Assembly: GCA_002633005.1 (NCBI GenBank)
Contig: NMRA01000256.1
Location: 344,120-408,119 of the forward strand
From: Phoronis australis
Taxonomy: Eukaryota > Animalia > Phoronida
Direction: 5' to 3'
Length of the DNA: 64,000 bases
The position numbers and the translations under genes are program-made. Shown here in pieces: positions 23,901 to 35,457 of the stretch. The number at the start of each line of letters is the position of its first letter. The first letter of the stretch is position 1. The notes beneath the pieces were generated by a model. That model ran no database searches and was not told the origin of the DNA. It was given only the letters and a program-made list of their open reading frames with translations.

Positions 23901-26900
23901 GATAACATTTTACCCAAGATAGAACAGTACTAGCACATTTTAGTGCAGTTTTGTCTTGTGCTGTCTCCCCCTAGTGGCAGTGTATTCACTTTTAGTACCC
24001 GTCTCCCTATCTGCCAAACCACTTAATGAATCATTGTAGCATTCTGTTAAGGTGAGCATGAACGGCATCCACGATTGGATAGATCTAATTGCTGTAGTAC
24101 CCTCTTGTGGTAATATCATTTTTCTGTGCGTCAGTCTCAATGTGTGACATTGCATTTACTAATTTTCGGATGATTAGCACTACACCCTGTTGGTTCAATA
24201 TTTAAAGTTCACTGTTGCTGCTCAGTCTAGGAAATGGTCATCTTTAAGAAATGAGTACCACTCTATCTTGGCTATTTGCGATGCAATAAATGGGCGCATG
24301 TCAATGCTTTGCATTGCTTTTGTACAATCATGTGTTTGTATTTGTATTGCATTTTAATGTATAACTGTATTGTATTGTGAACTGTTACGGAACTGCTGAT
24401 TGGTCTTCTGCAAAGTAGTATTCTCACTGATGTGGTCACCTAATTTTTAATTTAACCGTAAATGTTTATTATTGTTAAAAGCTTGTAAAATTGGACGCTC
24501 CTGAGTCTCATTTTGACTTGTACAAATTTCTGCTTTATGATTGTTCTATTCCATGCACTTATCACTTCACCTTAGCCCCATTTTACTAATAAACACAATC
24601 ACTTTTCTGATTTATGCGAGATTTTCTTAAAGGTGTCTTTTCCATAAATCGAATGTTTAAACTATACACGTCCAAAATGAGTTACCATCAGATGGCTTTT
24701 ACGTGCATTAATTCTGCAAGTGATTTCTGGCAGTAAGTGCGGTTTAAATTCTAGAAAATTTATCTGATTTTTTATTGTCACCACCGGAGCTAATAAGCCC
24801 GTCTTGATATAATGCAGCACTACATTTGTCAAGCACTTTTCCTGCTTCTTTGCATGCAAATGTACCAGTCACTACGTCAAATCTTGACTAGTATGTAATT
24901 CATCAATCTAATGCAGGCAAATTGTATTACTACATTTTGAGTTGCAATGCTAACCCCAAGAAATTTTCTAAAAAGGGCAAATATCAGTGCTGGGTGTGCC
25001 ATGTGTTGTTCTTGCCTTGTTAATAAACTGAGGGGTGTCTGACATTTTGAAGAGTTGGTCAGTCATGCAAATAGTTACATTTCTCTACCTCCACGAAGGA
25101 GGGGAGTTCAATCAAAAGCAAAATGGTATGGGTGTTCCCTGGGCTTGCTTGACAAGTTTGGCTTACATACTGGCAAGGAATATCAGGGACACTGGTTATG
25201 AGCATAAAGCACAGATATAGGGGCCTTTGACAAAGGAAGACAGTGTGTCTTAGTGGTCCAGAGGTACAGTGTGGCTTAGTGGTCCAGAGGTACAGTGTGG
25301 CTTAGTGGTCCAGAGGTACAGTGTGGCTTAGTGGTCCAGAAGTACAGTGTGGCTTAGTGGTTCAGAGGTCATGTTCAACTCTTGAGAGCATGGGCTTAAA
25401 TTGCACTAGTGGGCACTGATTATTTTACTGCAGCTCAGTTTGAAGTCATGTATTGTATGGATGTGTATGAGGTCATGTGTTATGGATGAACTTGAAATCA
25501 TGGATGTGTTCAGAGTCATGTTTTATGTATATAAGGATTGTGTTTGAAGTTGTGTATTATGTATACATTATTTTATTTGGATTTGCTTGAGGTCATTTTT
25601 TGTATATACGGATGTGTTTAAAGTCAGGGGATGCATTTGAAATTGTGTATTATATATGTATGAATGTGTTTGAAGTTGTGTATCATGTATTTGGGTATGT
25701 GTTTATTGTCAAGTTTATATGCGTTTGAAATTGTGTATTATGTATTTATGGATGTGTTTGAAGTTGTGTTATGTTATACATGTGTTGGAAGTAATTTATT
25801 TATGTATTATATACGAATGTCTTTCAAGTGGTGTATATATGAATCTGTTGGAAGTCATTTGTTATGTATATATGAGTTGTGTATAATGTGTAATTGTTTG
25901 CTGTTTAAATGCCATCATGAGTGCCTACAGCGCATGCTTTGTATGTTTATGGTTAATTAATTAGAAATTTATGTATCACATGAAGTGTATGAGCGGAAGG
26001 ATATGCAAATGAGTTTGCACTCTGATTACAAAAATAGATGATAATTTATCGTAGTGTTTGTGGCTATCAAATACATCAAATCCACTTAAAGTGGAATGTC
26101 ACCTTTTTCAAAGGTTTTTTTGATGATATTGGCATATTTTACGAATGCACGTCAATTCTTCACTTATTTCGCACAAGGTGAATACATTTTGCTGATAGTT
26201 GGAGTATACGAAATTAACTGAATATACAATTACACAGATTTATCATAGTTAACGGATGTGTGAAATTAACTGTCAATAACCAAGCATCACCAATTTCCGG
26301 TGTCCAAATGATGTAATGAAACAGCCTACAGTTATTGAGTTATATCATCCTATTCCAATGAAGTATTTCACTCCATCGTTGGTGAACAAGTTATTACAAT
26401 ATACCTTATGTATGTTTACATTATACCATATGTATGAGGTGTCACATGTGAAGGGATTAATTAAATAAGGGGTGAATATACGGTGTTCAGGCCTTAGAGG
26501 TTTGTAGTATAAGGATTTAGGGCTTTGCGTCGACACTTTCTGATGTGCAAATTAGTGTGGGACAACAGGGGCGGATCTAGGATTTTGAGTTAGGGAGGCC
26601 AGGGCACATGAATAAGAAGACTTTCGGCAGATGCGCGCGCCCAGCCTAAAGTGTAGGGGTGCAGGGGTCTCGAATTTCTAAAAAAAAATGGTAAATGGGG
26701 ATCGTTCAGGGCCTATGCATTATTTATTCAGCTCCCGAGCCCCCCTGGTTGCACATGTGCTAGTCAGCGATTCGCACCCCAACTGCCAAATGGTATCTGG
26801 GTTACAATTTTAGGGGGGCATGGCCCCCTTGGCCCCCCTAAATCCGCCACTGGACAATGTATTATTTTTCCAAATAACCGTGAGTGTGCAGAATGAGGGT

Positions 26901-27646
26901 GGCAGCGAAGTGAGTGGAGATTTACCATGCCTAGCAAGATATCTTGAAACTTCGTTGTGGATTTCTGAAACGAAATTGATAAAAATAGCAGTTATTCATA
27001 ATGGAGTTGTGATACTGCTAACGAGTAGTACAATGCAAAATTGTCAAATGGAGAATTATTATAATGTACCGGTTGCAGGACTAAAACTTGGTGGACATTT
27101 CGACTCCTTAGTTATCATTAAAAAGGGAAAACTAGGCGTCGGAGCTCAAACGAGGTGGAAATTTACAAAACTTGATCACTGTGTCACACCTCTTGTTTGA
27201 AGAATTATTTTTGTTAATTTTGTGTGATTAAAATGTTCAAAATGTCTTTGATAGCAAGTTAAGTATGCCATATTGTCCAAAAATGGTCCCCTTAACAGTA
27301 GTGTTAAGTGGTTGGGAAATTGGAAAAAATGAATTATGACCTGAGATCCTGGCATTTTCACAAAGCATGTTTTATGCTCAGGTTTATTAAATGCATTAGG
27401 TCGCTTGCCAGCTGGAAGCAGTGAATGGCAGTGAACGCTTCTACTCTTTGTGCCTGGCCTAACACGAATTTGAGGTTGTTGATGGGAAAAAGAAGTTTGT
27501 GTGTTGTTCTGCATGTTTATGTAATAATGTTATTTTATATTTGTGTTATGGTTTGTTCTTGTTTCAGCCTTGTTCATTTCCTTTTGGATGAGATAGTTGG
27601 CAGTACCGTCCATAGATGTCTCCACCCTATGCTTATGGAAGCCAGT
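2953..27646 (+). CDS. VPS51: Vacuolar protein sorting-associated protein 51 homolog (GARP/EARP subunit); spliced gene span, 21 coding exons, last exon unresolved
   Basis: Exons join in phase over 2298 nt with GT-AG introns. Translation contains hallmark VPS51 segments: [119 protein letters not shown]. Confidence 0.97.
3673..3780 (+). CDS. VPS51: VPS51 coding exon 2
   Basis: [21 protein letters not shown]...SPIDIN; CACAG acceptor, GTAGGT donor. Confidence 0.92.
4441..4619 (+). CDS. VPS51: VPS51 coding exon 3 (Vps51 N-terminal domain)
   Basis: [10 protein letters not shown]...[18 protein letters not shown]; TTAG/GTCAGT. Confidence 0.96.
4982..5137 (+). CDS. VPS51: VPS51 coding exon 4
   Basis: [19 protein letters not shown]...[10 protein letters not shown]; GCAG/GTACCT. 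Confidence 0.96.
5519..5592 (+). CDS. VPS51: VPS51 coding exon 5
   Basis: [24 protein letters not shown]; TTTCAG/GTAAAA. Confidence 0.95.
6571..6703 (+). CDS. VPS51: VPS51 coding exon 6
   Basis: [25 protein letters not shown]...FRDKE; CCAG/GTACTG. Confidence 0.95.
7039..7127 (+). CDS. VPS51: VPS51 coding exon 7
   Basis: [29 protein letters not shown]; CCAG/GTGAGT. Confidence 0.95.
7830..7938 (+). CDS. VPS51: VPS51 coding exon 8
   Basis: [18 protein letters not shown]...APM; TGCAG/GTATCG; phases fit both neighbours. Confidence 0.88.
8876..8979 (+). CDS. VPS51: VPS51 coding exon 9
   Basis: [28 protein letters not shown]; TTCAG/GTAAGA. Confidence 0.94.
9608..10185. mobile_element. PIF/Harbinger-type MITE
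   Basis: TIR GGGCTGTTCCAG(T/C)AAAATCTGT extending imperfectly to about 40 bp; TTA TSD at 9605-9607 and 10186-10188; internal ACCACCCAT repeats. Confidence 0.85.
10600..10635 (+). CDS. VPS51: Candidate alternative 36-nt cassette exon of VPS51
   Basis: TTTAG acceptor, CAG/GTATGC donor, phase 2-2 like the host intron, stop-free ([11 protein letters not shown]); no transcript evidence. Confidence 0.5.
12584..12683 (+). CDS. VPS51: VPS51 coding exon 10
   Basis: [33 protein letters not shown]; TACAG/GTGAGT. Confidence 0.93.
13143..13243 (+). CDS. VPS51: VPS51 coding exon 11
   Basis: [22 protein letters not shown]; TTCAG/GTACAA. Confidence 0.95.
13853..13932 (+). CDS. VPS51: VPS51 coding exon 12
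   Basis: [26 protein letters not shown]; TCCAG/GTAATA. Confidence 0.93.
14490..14626 (+). CDS. VPS51: VPS51 coding exon 13
   Basis: [14 protein letters not shown]...VLVNLQ; TCCAG/GTACAC. Confidence 0.95.
15928..16050 (+). CDS. VPS51: VPS51 coding exon 14
   Basis: [33 protein letters not shown]; TTCAG/GTAAGA. Confidence 0.94.
16603..16701 (+). CDS. VPS51: VPS51 coding exon 15
   Basis: DFCSG...[23 protein letters not shown]; TCCAG/GTAAGT. Confidence 0.95.
17493..18807 (-). mobile_element. Kolobok-like non-autonomous DNA transposon carrying a THAP domain
   Basis: TIR AGGAGAATGCCA / TGGCATTCTCCT; flanks TTGA and TTAA (TTAA target, one mutated); internal THAP ORF. Confidence 0.78.
18420..18645 (-). 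pseudogene. THAP zinc-finger domain remnant
   Basis: CIVPACPN...[15 protein letters not shown]...[12 protein letters not shown]: C2CH ligands plus conserved P, W, F. Confidence 0.8.
19190..19330 (+). CDS. VPS51: VPS51 coding exon 16
   Basis: LILTDEQF...[19 protein letters not shown]; CGCAG/GTAGTA. Confidence 0.95.
19413..20687 (+). mobile_element. Helentron/DINE-1-like interspersed element (HINE) with internal tandem core
   Basis: 5' TTTTTATGTGCCCAC...GCATATTGCC, GTCY-like tract, reiterated CC(T/C)CCTAGTGGC and AAATTTGGCA modules, 3' ACCCTAGAAGC...TTGCTCTTGTT shared with 33309-35457. Confidence 0.7.
21634..21744 (+). CDS. VPS51: VPS51 coding exon 17
   Basis: [37 protein letters not shown]; TTAG/GTCAGG. 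Confidence 0.96.
21747..21840 (+). repeat. 36-bp tandem repeat, about 2.6 copies
   Basis: CAG(G/A)AACTT(G/A)GTCATA(C/T)AC(G/A)AACTGGGG units. Confidence 0.85.
22264..22382 (+). CDS. VPS51: VPS51 coding exon 18
   Basis: [21 protein letters not shown]; TTCAG/GTAAGT. Confidence 0.95.
22924..23047 (+). CDS. VPS51: VPS51 coding exon 19
   Basis: [41 protein letters not shown]; TGCAG/GTGAGT. Confidence 0.96.
23248..23360 (+). CDS. VPS51: VPS51 coding exon 20
   Basis: [37 protein letters not shown]; TTCAG/GTAAGT. Confidence 0.96.
23381..24323 (+). mobile_element. Diverged HINE-like copy
   Basis: TTTATGCACCC...CATATTGCTGTCATCTCTGT start, CCCCTAGTGGC modules, 3' GGGCGCAT plus CAATGC-TTT-GCATTG hairpin. 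Confidence 0.6.
25240..25369 (+). repeat. 26-bp tandem repeat, 5 copies
   Basis: ACAGTGTGGCTTAGTGGTCCAGAGGT units, nearly identical. Confidence 0.95.
25435..25890 (+). repeat. Degenerate TG/TA-rich minisatellite, period about 30-35 bp
   Basis: Recurrent GGATGTGTTTGAAGTTGTGTATTATGTAT-like units. Confidence 0.75.
26566..26852. mobile_element. hAT-like MITE with 5-bp TSD
   Basis: TIR CAGGGGCGGATCTAGG / CCTAAATCCGCCACTG; GACAA on both flanks. Confidence 0.85.
27568..27646 (+). CDS. VPS51: VPS51 coding exon 21
   Basis: [26 protein letters not shown]; TTCAG acceptor, GTAAGT donor at 27647; read-through would give VSY-stop ending at 27658. Confidence 0.93.
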
Positions 27647-28608
27647 GTAAGTTATTGAAGCATCTTAAGAACACAATTACTTTAAAAATTTGATGATAAC
27701 GCAATGTTGAAATGTGAGGAGGAAACCAAAGTAGTGTAAATCAACTGTACTAAGTCAGGATTTTATATTTGGTGTTAACAGTAAATTGATTTTTTTATGA
27801 GATGCTTTTCAATTTTTAGAAAACTACAATGCCAGTGTATTTCAATGTCTAATTGTTTGGTTCAGTAATAATCATTCATTCAGTTGTTCTTTATATCTGA
27901 AAATTATAATTTTAATTGATAAATTTTTCAAAATTCAAACAGGCAAAAGAGAGGTAGAGAAAATTGTGCCAAGCGACATAGCACGATAAATTAAAACATG
28001 ATTTTTAAAAACTTTGCATTTCAACACTTTAGGTTTTTCAGACTGTGGCAAATATTGTGAACTGTTAACTCGTCCAAGTCTTTGAGAAAGAAAAAATATG
28101 TCATGAGATATCGTTTTCCAGCCTCCAGCTAATTAGTTGCCTATTGAGAGCTATAAGACTGAGTGAGCATGTCTTGTTTGCTCACCTTTAATATGTCAAG
28201 CTCTGGTCCTCAGGTGGTACAGCTTAATTAATCAGAAACTTCATTTTAAGTGCTTTCAGACACTTCACAATCATTTATATTGTCCTAGAAGTGATCCATT
28301 GCATTTTCACTTCACATTACTCCTGGCAAATGTCACGTAAAAATTGCAAAATGTGTCGATAGCCATGGGTGTTAAATCATTTTCAACAAATTCCAAGCCG
28401 TATGGTGGTGATGTTAGGCTGGTAGTGGTTGTTATCCACTTCCATGGCAACAGCAAAATGCAGTGGAGCCACCATGTGCATTTTATTATGGCAGTCTGCC
28501 TTAATGAGATGTTTACATTGTGTCAAGTCATGCATAGTGGAGTAGAATAATTATGTGCATTCTCTACAGTCATACTTAGGCTAATGGATCTGACAATGGT
28601 GGCAATGA

Positions 28609-28673
28609 TGCACACACATGCAAGCAAGCACACACATACGCTCACGCACACGCTCACGCTCACGCACACACAC
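28609..28673 (+). repeat. CA/CACGCT microsatellite
   Basis: Directly visible. Confidence 0.85.
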
Positions 28674-28684
28674 GTGTATGTATA

Positions 28685-29580
28685 TATTTTGTATATATTG
28701 TGGTCGCATATTGTTGTCACTCTGTCCGGTTTGATAAAATTTGGCTCAAGGGTGTTGAGCATCACTGAGGTGGTGCCTGCCACTTTTCAATCTCACCAGT
28801 CTCCCAGGACTAAAGGAGCAAGACTTTTATTCTTTTTTTGGGGGGCATAACGTAAAATTGCCGTGAGGACTTGACAGGGGCCTCAGGGGTCTCGCACTCC
28901 ACTGATTTATCAACATTATTTAGAAAACGCTTTGCCCAGTCACACACTGTGTGTCATAAAAGAGATAAGCATACCAGCAGCTGACGCAGCAAGTAGAACT
29001 ACTCTCGTTTATCACATTGGTGCAGACTCACAGTTGAACTGTGGTTTTCTGTAGACCCCAGACCGTCCCGAGTTGTACCATATACCAACTCCGGATGGTC
29101 TCTCACGACGATTAAGCGTTATGGAATAGCATTTCCAGATACTATCTAGAGAACCAACTAACCGATTTCAATGAAATGTCATACAGGGGTATGTGCTTGC
29201 ACCAGTCAATTTGCAGGTGGATTCAACCATTGCAGTACCCCCTAGTGGCCATTTTGGTCTTGACAAGAGACTTTTGTATATTTTTGGGTAAGAGCATTTT
29301 TGGATATCTAGAAAACCATTTATGGATTTTAAAGAAACTTGACACAGAGGTACGTGGCACCAGTGGGTTGGTACCAGGTAAATCTTAGTACTACAGCACC
29401 CCCCAGTGGCCATTCCATGTTGGAGATGATAGCAGCAGGTTCCCCTTATGTTATTTTATCTCTATCTTTGTATTTGCCAAACTTCACGATTTTTCATTAT
29501 GAAAAGTAGAATAGACCTGTTGCTTTTTGGATGCCTAGTGCTGTGTCCCTTCGGGACACACTTTTTACTTGTTTCTTTGT
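28685..29580 (+). mobile_element. Degraded HINE-like copy
   Basis: GCATATTGTTGTCACTCTGTCC start, CCCCTAGTGGCC and CCCCCAGTGGCC modules at 29130-29415, terminal hairpin TGTGTCCC-TTC-GGGACACA. Confidence 0.45.
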
Positions 29581-32500
29581 AGCAAATGTTGAACACTGTA
29601 TTTTTTATTTTTTGATTTCATGTTAGTTTTAAAAGGTGAGGTTCCAACATTTTTGCCATTTCTGGCTATTGCACCTACCCCTTGTGGTCAAATTGCTGTC
29701 TCCTTGTACCTTACATGGAACTGATGAGTACCCCTAGAAACACACCATAGTATTTACTGTTGACTGGACATATATGGATGTGTCCTGTTACTCTTGATAA
29801 GGTTTTGACATCTTGATCATATCTGCCTTTAAGATCATGTAGGCTCCTATCCACTATTCTGTTCATTTAGTCATATATCTACAAAAGTATAGAAATTATT
29901 TCCATTAAAGTGTATATTATCTGCAAGTCTGTTGTAAGCTTTGCCAATCTGCCATTGTGTCACACGATCTTGTCTTTTTAGTAAAATTTAGCAGGTACTC
30001 ATAACCAAACAACGGCATCAATAACATACCCACATATCTTTTTATGTAAATTTTTAAAATTATGTCTCAAAAATGCTGTTGTGATTTTGTAAAATATCAT
30101 TTTATAGTCCCTATTGTAAACTGGGAACAGTTACATGTATTCCTAACAGTGCTTTGGAGACTAGTGCACAAAAATAGTTACTATAAGTTTCATATGAATC
30201 CAATGGGCCATTTCTGGAATATGATGTTCCAAAGTCACCCAAATCTGGAATTTTTCCAGGGCCTCGCATAACCTTAAACATAGGTGCACATAAAGAAGAT
30301 GCTAAAAAAATGTCAAAATACAACTAATACTACCGAGGTTCACACAGCAGTTTCAAAGGCTAAAAGCTAGCGAAAATGCTTGCATTTTAACCAGATAGAT
30401 GAGCTGCTCCTGACGGGATGATTTTCGACGACAGTGAGTTTGTTTCCTCACCACCGGAATCTCTGTTAAGCAAAAAATTGATGTCAGAACACGTACTAAA
30501 CTCTCTGCCATAAACACATTAATGTGACGATAAACAAGGACCTCTAATCACTGCACATGTGTGCCCTTTGAAGTATGTGATCTGGCTACAAAAATGCTAG
30601 GAAAATCTCCATTAGTTTTGGGTAACACAAAGCACTAGCAAGACTTGTAATCGACTGGTGGTTTTTACTGCTTGTGAAACTTTCAAAGTGCTAGATAAGG
30701 GAAAATTCTGTGTCAGATGGGCCCCACTCAGAATAGTACATCTTCTGATAGGGATATTGTCTTCACCAGGGGTATGTTAGTAGTCCTTGGATTTAGTCTA
30801 GAAGAGTGTATCAACTTGAACAAAAATGCTCAATAACTGCCTCGTTGAATCTGTTTACACAACCTTTGAATAGTGTTTTGCTCTGTAGGATATCAGTGGG
30901 CATAATGAACATAGATGTGTTTACATTTAGATATTTTTACTCATCACATGTGTATATGCATCTGTCTAGCATCACATTAGTATATGCTTCAGCCCCTATT
31001 TAGCCAGAGGGGAAAAAATATTTGTCACAAGTTTCTTATTTATCTTCTGTATTGTTCTGTTGTGTGTTTTGTTGCCTAATTACGTATTATATGAAATTAC
31101 TCCAACCTCTGTAGGTGGCCCGGTTATCTTACCTTTTGTGGGTTTAAGTGACAGGTAAATTAGACATGACTGAAAAGTATCAATTAAGGTTTGTTTATGT
31201 GTTTATTAATTGATAATGCTGTAGAATGGGTGATAGACCATATCTGAGTGACAGCCTTTATACCTGCTGCTGGTATTGCTTCATGCCCGCTGTCATAATC
31301 ACCATCTCCATTAAAGTCTTAGCAGTGCTAATTAGCTCTAGTTGAAAGCAGAAACCTCAAACTGGAATCAATGGACTTAGTGGTGTTGAATGTTGCCATT
31401 GACATAGTCAGTGAAGTGATAGGTCCATTGTCTTATGATGCCATGCACGTTGCTTTACAAGTAGATTGCTAAATGTCACAATAATTCAAGTTTGATTTCC
31501 AGTACAAATGTTTCATAGTCCCTAAGTCTTGATGATACTTTGTACATACATGCCTGTCATTAATAAGGTAGGTGTACTACTATTAATACAATGTGCTAAA
31601 TTTGACCTCGTCAAACTTAAACCATTGTCACCTTCCTTTTAATATTGAATTTCCTTGCCCAATCACTTAGCATTGCTAATTACTAGTGCCTTGGAAAAGA
31701 CTACAAATGAGTAATGTAAATCAGGCTTGTCAAAAAAATTTTGAATAAGCTTGATGACTGGTCACCTTTACCACTACTGAATTCTTAGCTGGTAAAACCT
31801 TACTGTCACAAGCTGTTTTTACACAGGGAAAAGTTGTCACGGTGCAGGTTGTGACGTCACAAACATACTCCACTTATGTCTCGCTTACACAACATTAGAT
31901 CGCAAACTGGATCAGCATTAGTCATTTGCACGAAGACTGTCTGCGCATTCTCGCATAAAAAATGGCGATTCTCCAAACCACACGAAATGCCATATATGCC
32001 ATATATGCGCTTTTGAGCAATTGTAACAAAGTTGATCCCTTCCGCCTTGTCCCACTTTGTGTTTAGACATGTACTTAACACTGGAATTTCTGATACTTAC
32101 ACCTCTTAGTTCAATGTTTTGCTACAAATTTGTGCACTGTCTCTGTTTTCACCAGTTTAGAGCATTTTTATCATCATCTTCAGAATCTGTTGATAGGCAT
32201 CGATAAAATGGGAACAGTTCTTAAATGTATTTGTGCTTTTTAGTGTCATTTTTCCTAAGGTTTCGGAAGTTCTGTGTCACTCCACTGTGGTGTCCATTTT
32301 GTTGACTGGGCTACTTTCAATTCAAAAATTGAAGTTCTTAAGTTTGAGTTGTCACTTTTAGGACACCCCATAAAATTTCCTCCTTACACAAATGTGTCTG
32401 TACTAAACAATTTTTGTCTGTTGGCCTCAACTAAGACAAATGTAAATGGCAAATTATGTAAATAGTATACACTTCCACTGACATTACTGTAGTTCTCTAT

Positions 32501-33308
32501 TTTGCACATTAATAATTGTCCCAGTATGTCGTTGTTCCATTTTTCAAAGACCCACTGCTTTGCTACAAATAGACAATTCTCAACGAAATTTGACAAAATA
32601 AAATTTCATTTGCATGCCATGTTGTATACTAAAAAGTGAAGAGTTACCATGATAACTACTGTTTGTCTATGAAACGTCAAAATTTATTGTTTCTTTAATT
32701 GTTCACACTATTCACTCAAAGTGATTCAGTCCTTTTTCGGAATATCCGCCCATGGGCCTATTTTTGGAAATTCCTGGTACGAGGTGGTTTTGTTTTAACA
32801 TATTGATTTTGTTCCCACTAACTGTGAATTGTTGACTGTCTGCTTTCCTGTACTGAAAAGGCGCTGAACAGGTTTTGTTCATTTTACACGGTCAATATTT
32901 GGAATAAGTTGTCTGTTTACTAATTTGTAGGAAGTCTGATTGTTCCTGATGGTGTTTGATCAATTTTCTTGTGAATTGTTGGGAAGCTTTGTGAACAGCA
33001 CTTGACTATGCAGTGAACGCTTTGCAGAATGTTTTTCCCCTCTTCAGGCGAAAACCCAACGAATGAATATGAAGCTGTCAAACATGTGTTCAGAAGCATT
33101 TAATGTGACGTAATCTGCAAGGAAAATGTTTTTTGGGGATCAGCTCCATGACTGATTCAAAGTCACGACTCAGTTTTGGTAGTGGAGCTAAAACAAATAG
33201 AAGTGTTTTAAAGGTATTTAACAGTACAGATAAAGTCAGCAGCCTCAATTTCAACAAATATCTGGCAGTGAGAATTGGGGATTTGTAGTAAATCACAAAC
33301 ACAACAGA

Positions 33309-35457
33309 TTTTATTATGCACCCACATATTTATATGTGGGTGCATATTGCCATCATCTCTGTCTGGGCGTCCGGTGTCCGCGGCTGTATCTCCTAAACCC
33401 CTTGCAGGATCTTACTGAAATTTGGCAGGTGTGTTCCTATGGGGTTGACAATAGAGAGCGATGAGTTTCGGACCGACCCAAATACCGCTGTGCCCCAAGT
33501 GGCAATTTTAGTTTTTTAAATTTGCCTCTGTTCAAAGGTCCTCAACCGATTTTCATGAACTTTGGTACATAGGCATCTACATGTATTAATGAGTTGACGC
33601 TATCCTCCCATTTTCAGATGGATTCGAAGCATTTTGCACTATCTAGTAGCCATTTTTATTATTTTCGAGTCCGTTTTGTGGCGTCTGCCCCTCTATCAAC
33701 CAAACCACTCTAAGGATGATTATGAAAATTGGCATGTATGTTCTTACTATGAAATTGATGGTTGATGCACTATCTAGTAGCCATTTTTATTATTTTCGAG
33801 TCCGTTTTTGGCATCCGCCCCTCTATCAACCAAACCACTCTAAGGATGATTATGAAAATTGGCATGTATGCTCTTACTATGAAATGGATGGTTGACGATG
33901 ATTTTCCGAGGACTTTGACTACTGTAGCGCCTCCTAGTAGCAGTTTTGTTTGTTTGTTTTTGTGCCCATGGTTGTATTGCCTAAGCGCTCTACAGGATCT
34001 TTATTAAATGTAGGAAATGTATTTATATCAGGTTGACAACGGACGACGACTTTCGGACATATCGGACTACCGCTGTGTCCTCTAGTGGCAATTTTAGTTT
34101 ATTTACGCTTGCCTCTGTATCGTCAAAGGTCCTCAACAGATTTCAATAAAAACTGGCACATAGGCATCTATTAATGAGGTGAGGCTATCCTCTTGTTTTC
34201 GGATGGATTCGAGGTATTTTGCGCCACCTAGTGACCATTTTTATTGTTTTCAAGTCTATTTTTGGCGTCAATCCCTCTGTAAACCAAACCACTCCTGGTA
34301 GAGTCTTGCCCAGCTGTTTATAGTTTAAGGAGCAACCTACTGGATGGCACTGTTACGTGCCTACAACATATATTGCATGGCAACAAATGGAAACGTCTGT
34401 CCATTTTACTAAAGGAGACTGGCAGACTTGAAAACTTTCTTCACGAGGAGCCATAATTGGGGTCTCGTGCTTTTGCTCAAGTGTTTTGGGCAATGGGCCC
34501 AACCATGAAGCCTGTGCACGTCTGATGCACCGCAAATGACATCAGGCCACCTGCACTGTTTTTTTTTAAGGATGATTGTGAAAATTGTAATGTATGCTCT
34601 TACTATGAAGAGGACAGTAGGCAATGATTTTCCAATGACTACTGTGGCGCCTCCTAGTGGCAGTTTTGTTTTTTACGCCCATACCTGTATCTCTTAAGCC
34701 CTCTGCAGGATCTTTATTAAATTAAGCACGTGTATTTATATGAAGTTAACAACGGAAGACAACAACATTCAGACGGATTCAGGGAACACTGTGCCCCCTA
34801 GTGGCAATTTCTTTTTTTTCTGTTTTCCTGTTTCTCTGAAGTTCCTCTATGAATTTTCACGAAATTTGGTAAATAGCTTTCTTTTAAAGAAACTAACATT
34901 CTCCGGTTTTCAGATGGATTCGACATATTTTGCGCACTTCAGTGGCCATTTTTACTGTTTTCTTCTCTGTTTTTGGCGTCCACCATCTGTCAGCCAAACC
35001 ACTCGTAGGATGATTGTGAAAATTGGCTTATATGTTCTTAGTATGAAGAGGACGGTTGTATTTTCCGACTTCAATTATTCTGGTGCCTCCTAGTGGCAGT
35101 TTTGTTTTCTGCACCCTAAGCCCGCTGCAGGATCTTTATTAAATTTAGCAAGTGTATTCATATGAAGTTGACAATGGAAGATGACAACTTTCATTTGAAC
35201 TCCATGAACAGTTTGCCCCCTAGTGGCAATTTCATTTTTTCCATTTTGCTCTGTTTCTCTAAAGTTCCTTGATGGATTTTCATAAAATGTGGTAAATAGC
35301 TTTCTGTTAAAAACCGGGACATTTTCCCATGTTTTGATGGATTCGAAGTATTTTACTCAATCCAGTGGCCATTTTTATGATACAAATAAACACCCTAGAA
35401 GCTGACCTTTTGCAGTGCATTCGTGGCAGCATTTCAACGCCCCGCATTGCTCTTGTT
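33309..35457 (+). mobile_element. Helentron/DINE-1-like element (HINE), longest copy
   Basis: 5' palindrome TATGCACCCACATA-TTTA-TATGTGGGTGCATA, several-hundred-bp core repeated about three times, internal duplication of about 130 bp near 33636-33890, same 3' end as 19413-20687. Confidence 0.75.

Noticed and set aside
25240-25369. CRISPR-like array
   Set aside because: Units are head-to-tail with no unique spacers, there are no cas genes, and the context is a eukaryotic intron.
25664-25960. Hydrophobic 98-aa ORF
   Set aside because: Product of the TG/TA-rich minisatellite.
29542-29566. Rho-independent terminator (TGTGTCCC-TTC-GGGACACA plus T run)
   Set aside because: Eukaryotic context; fits the 3' hairpin of a HINE-like repeat.
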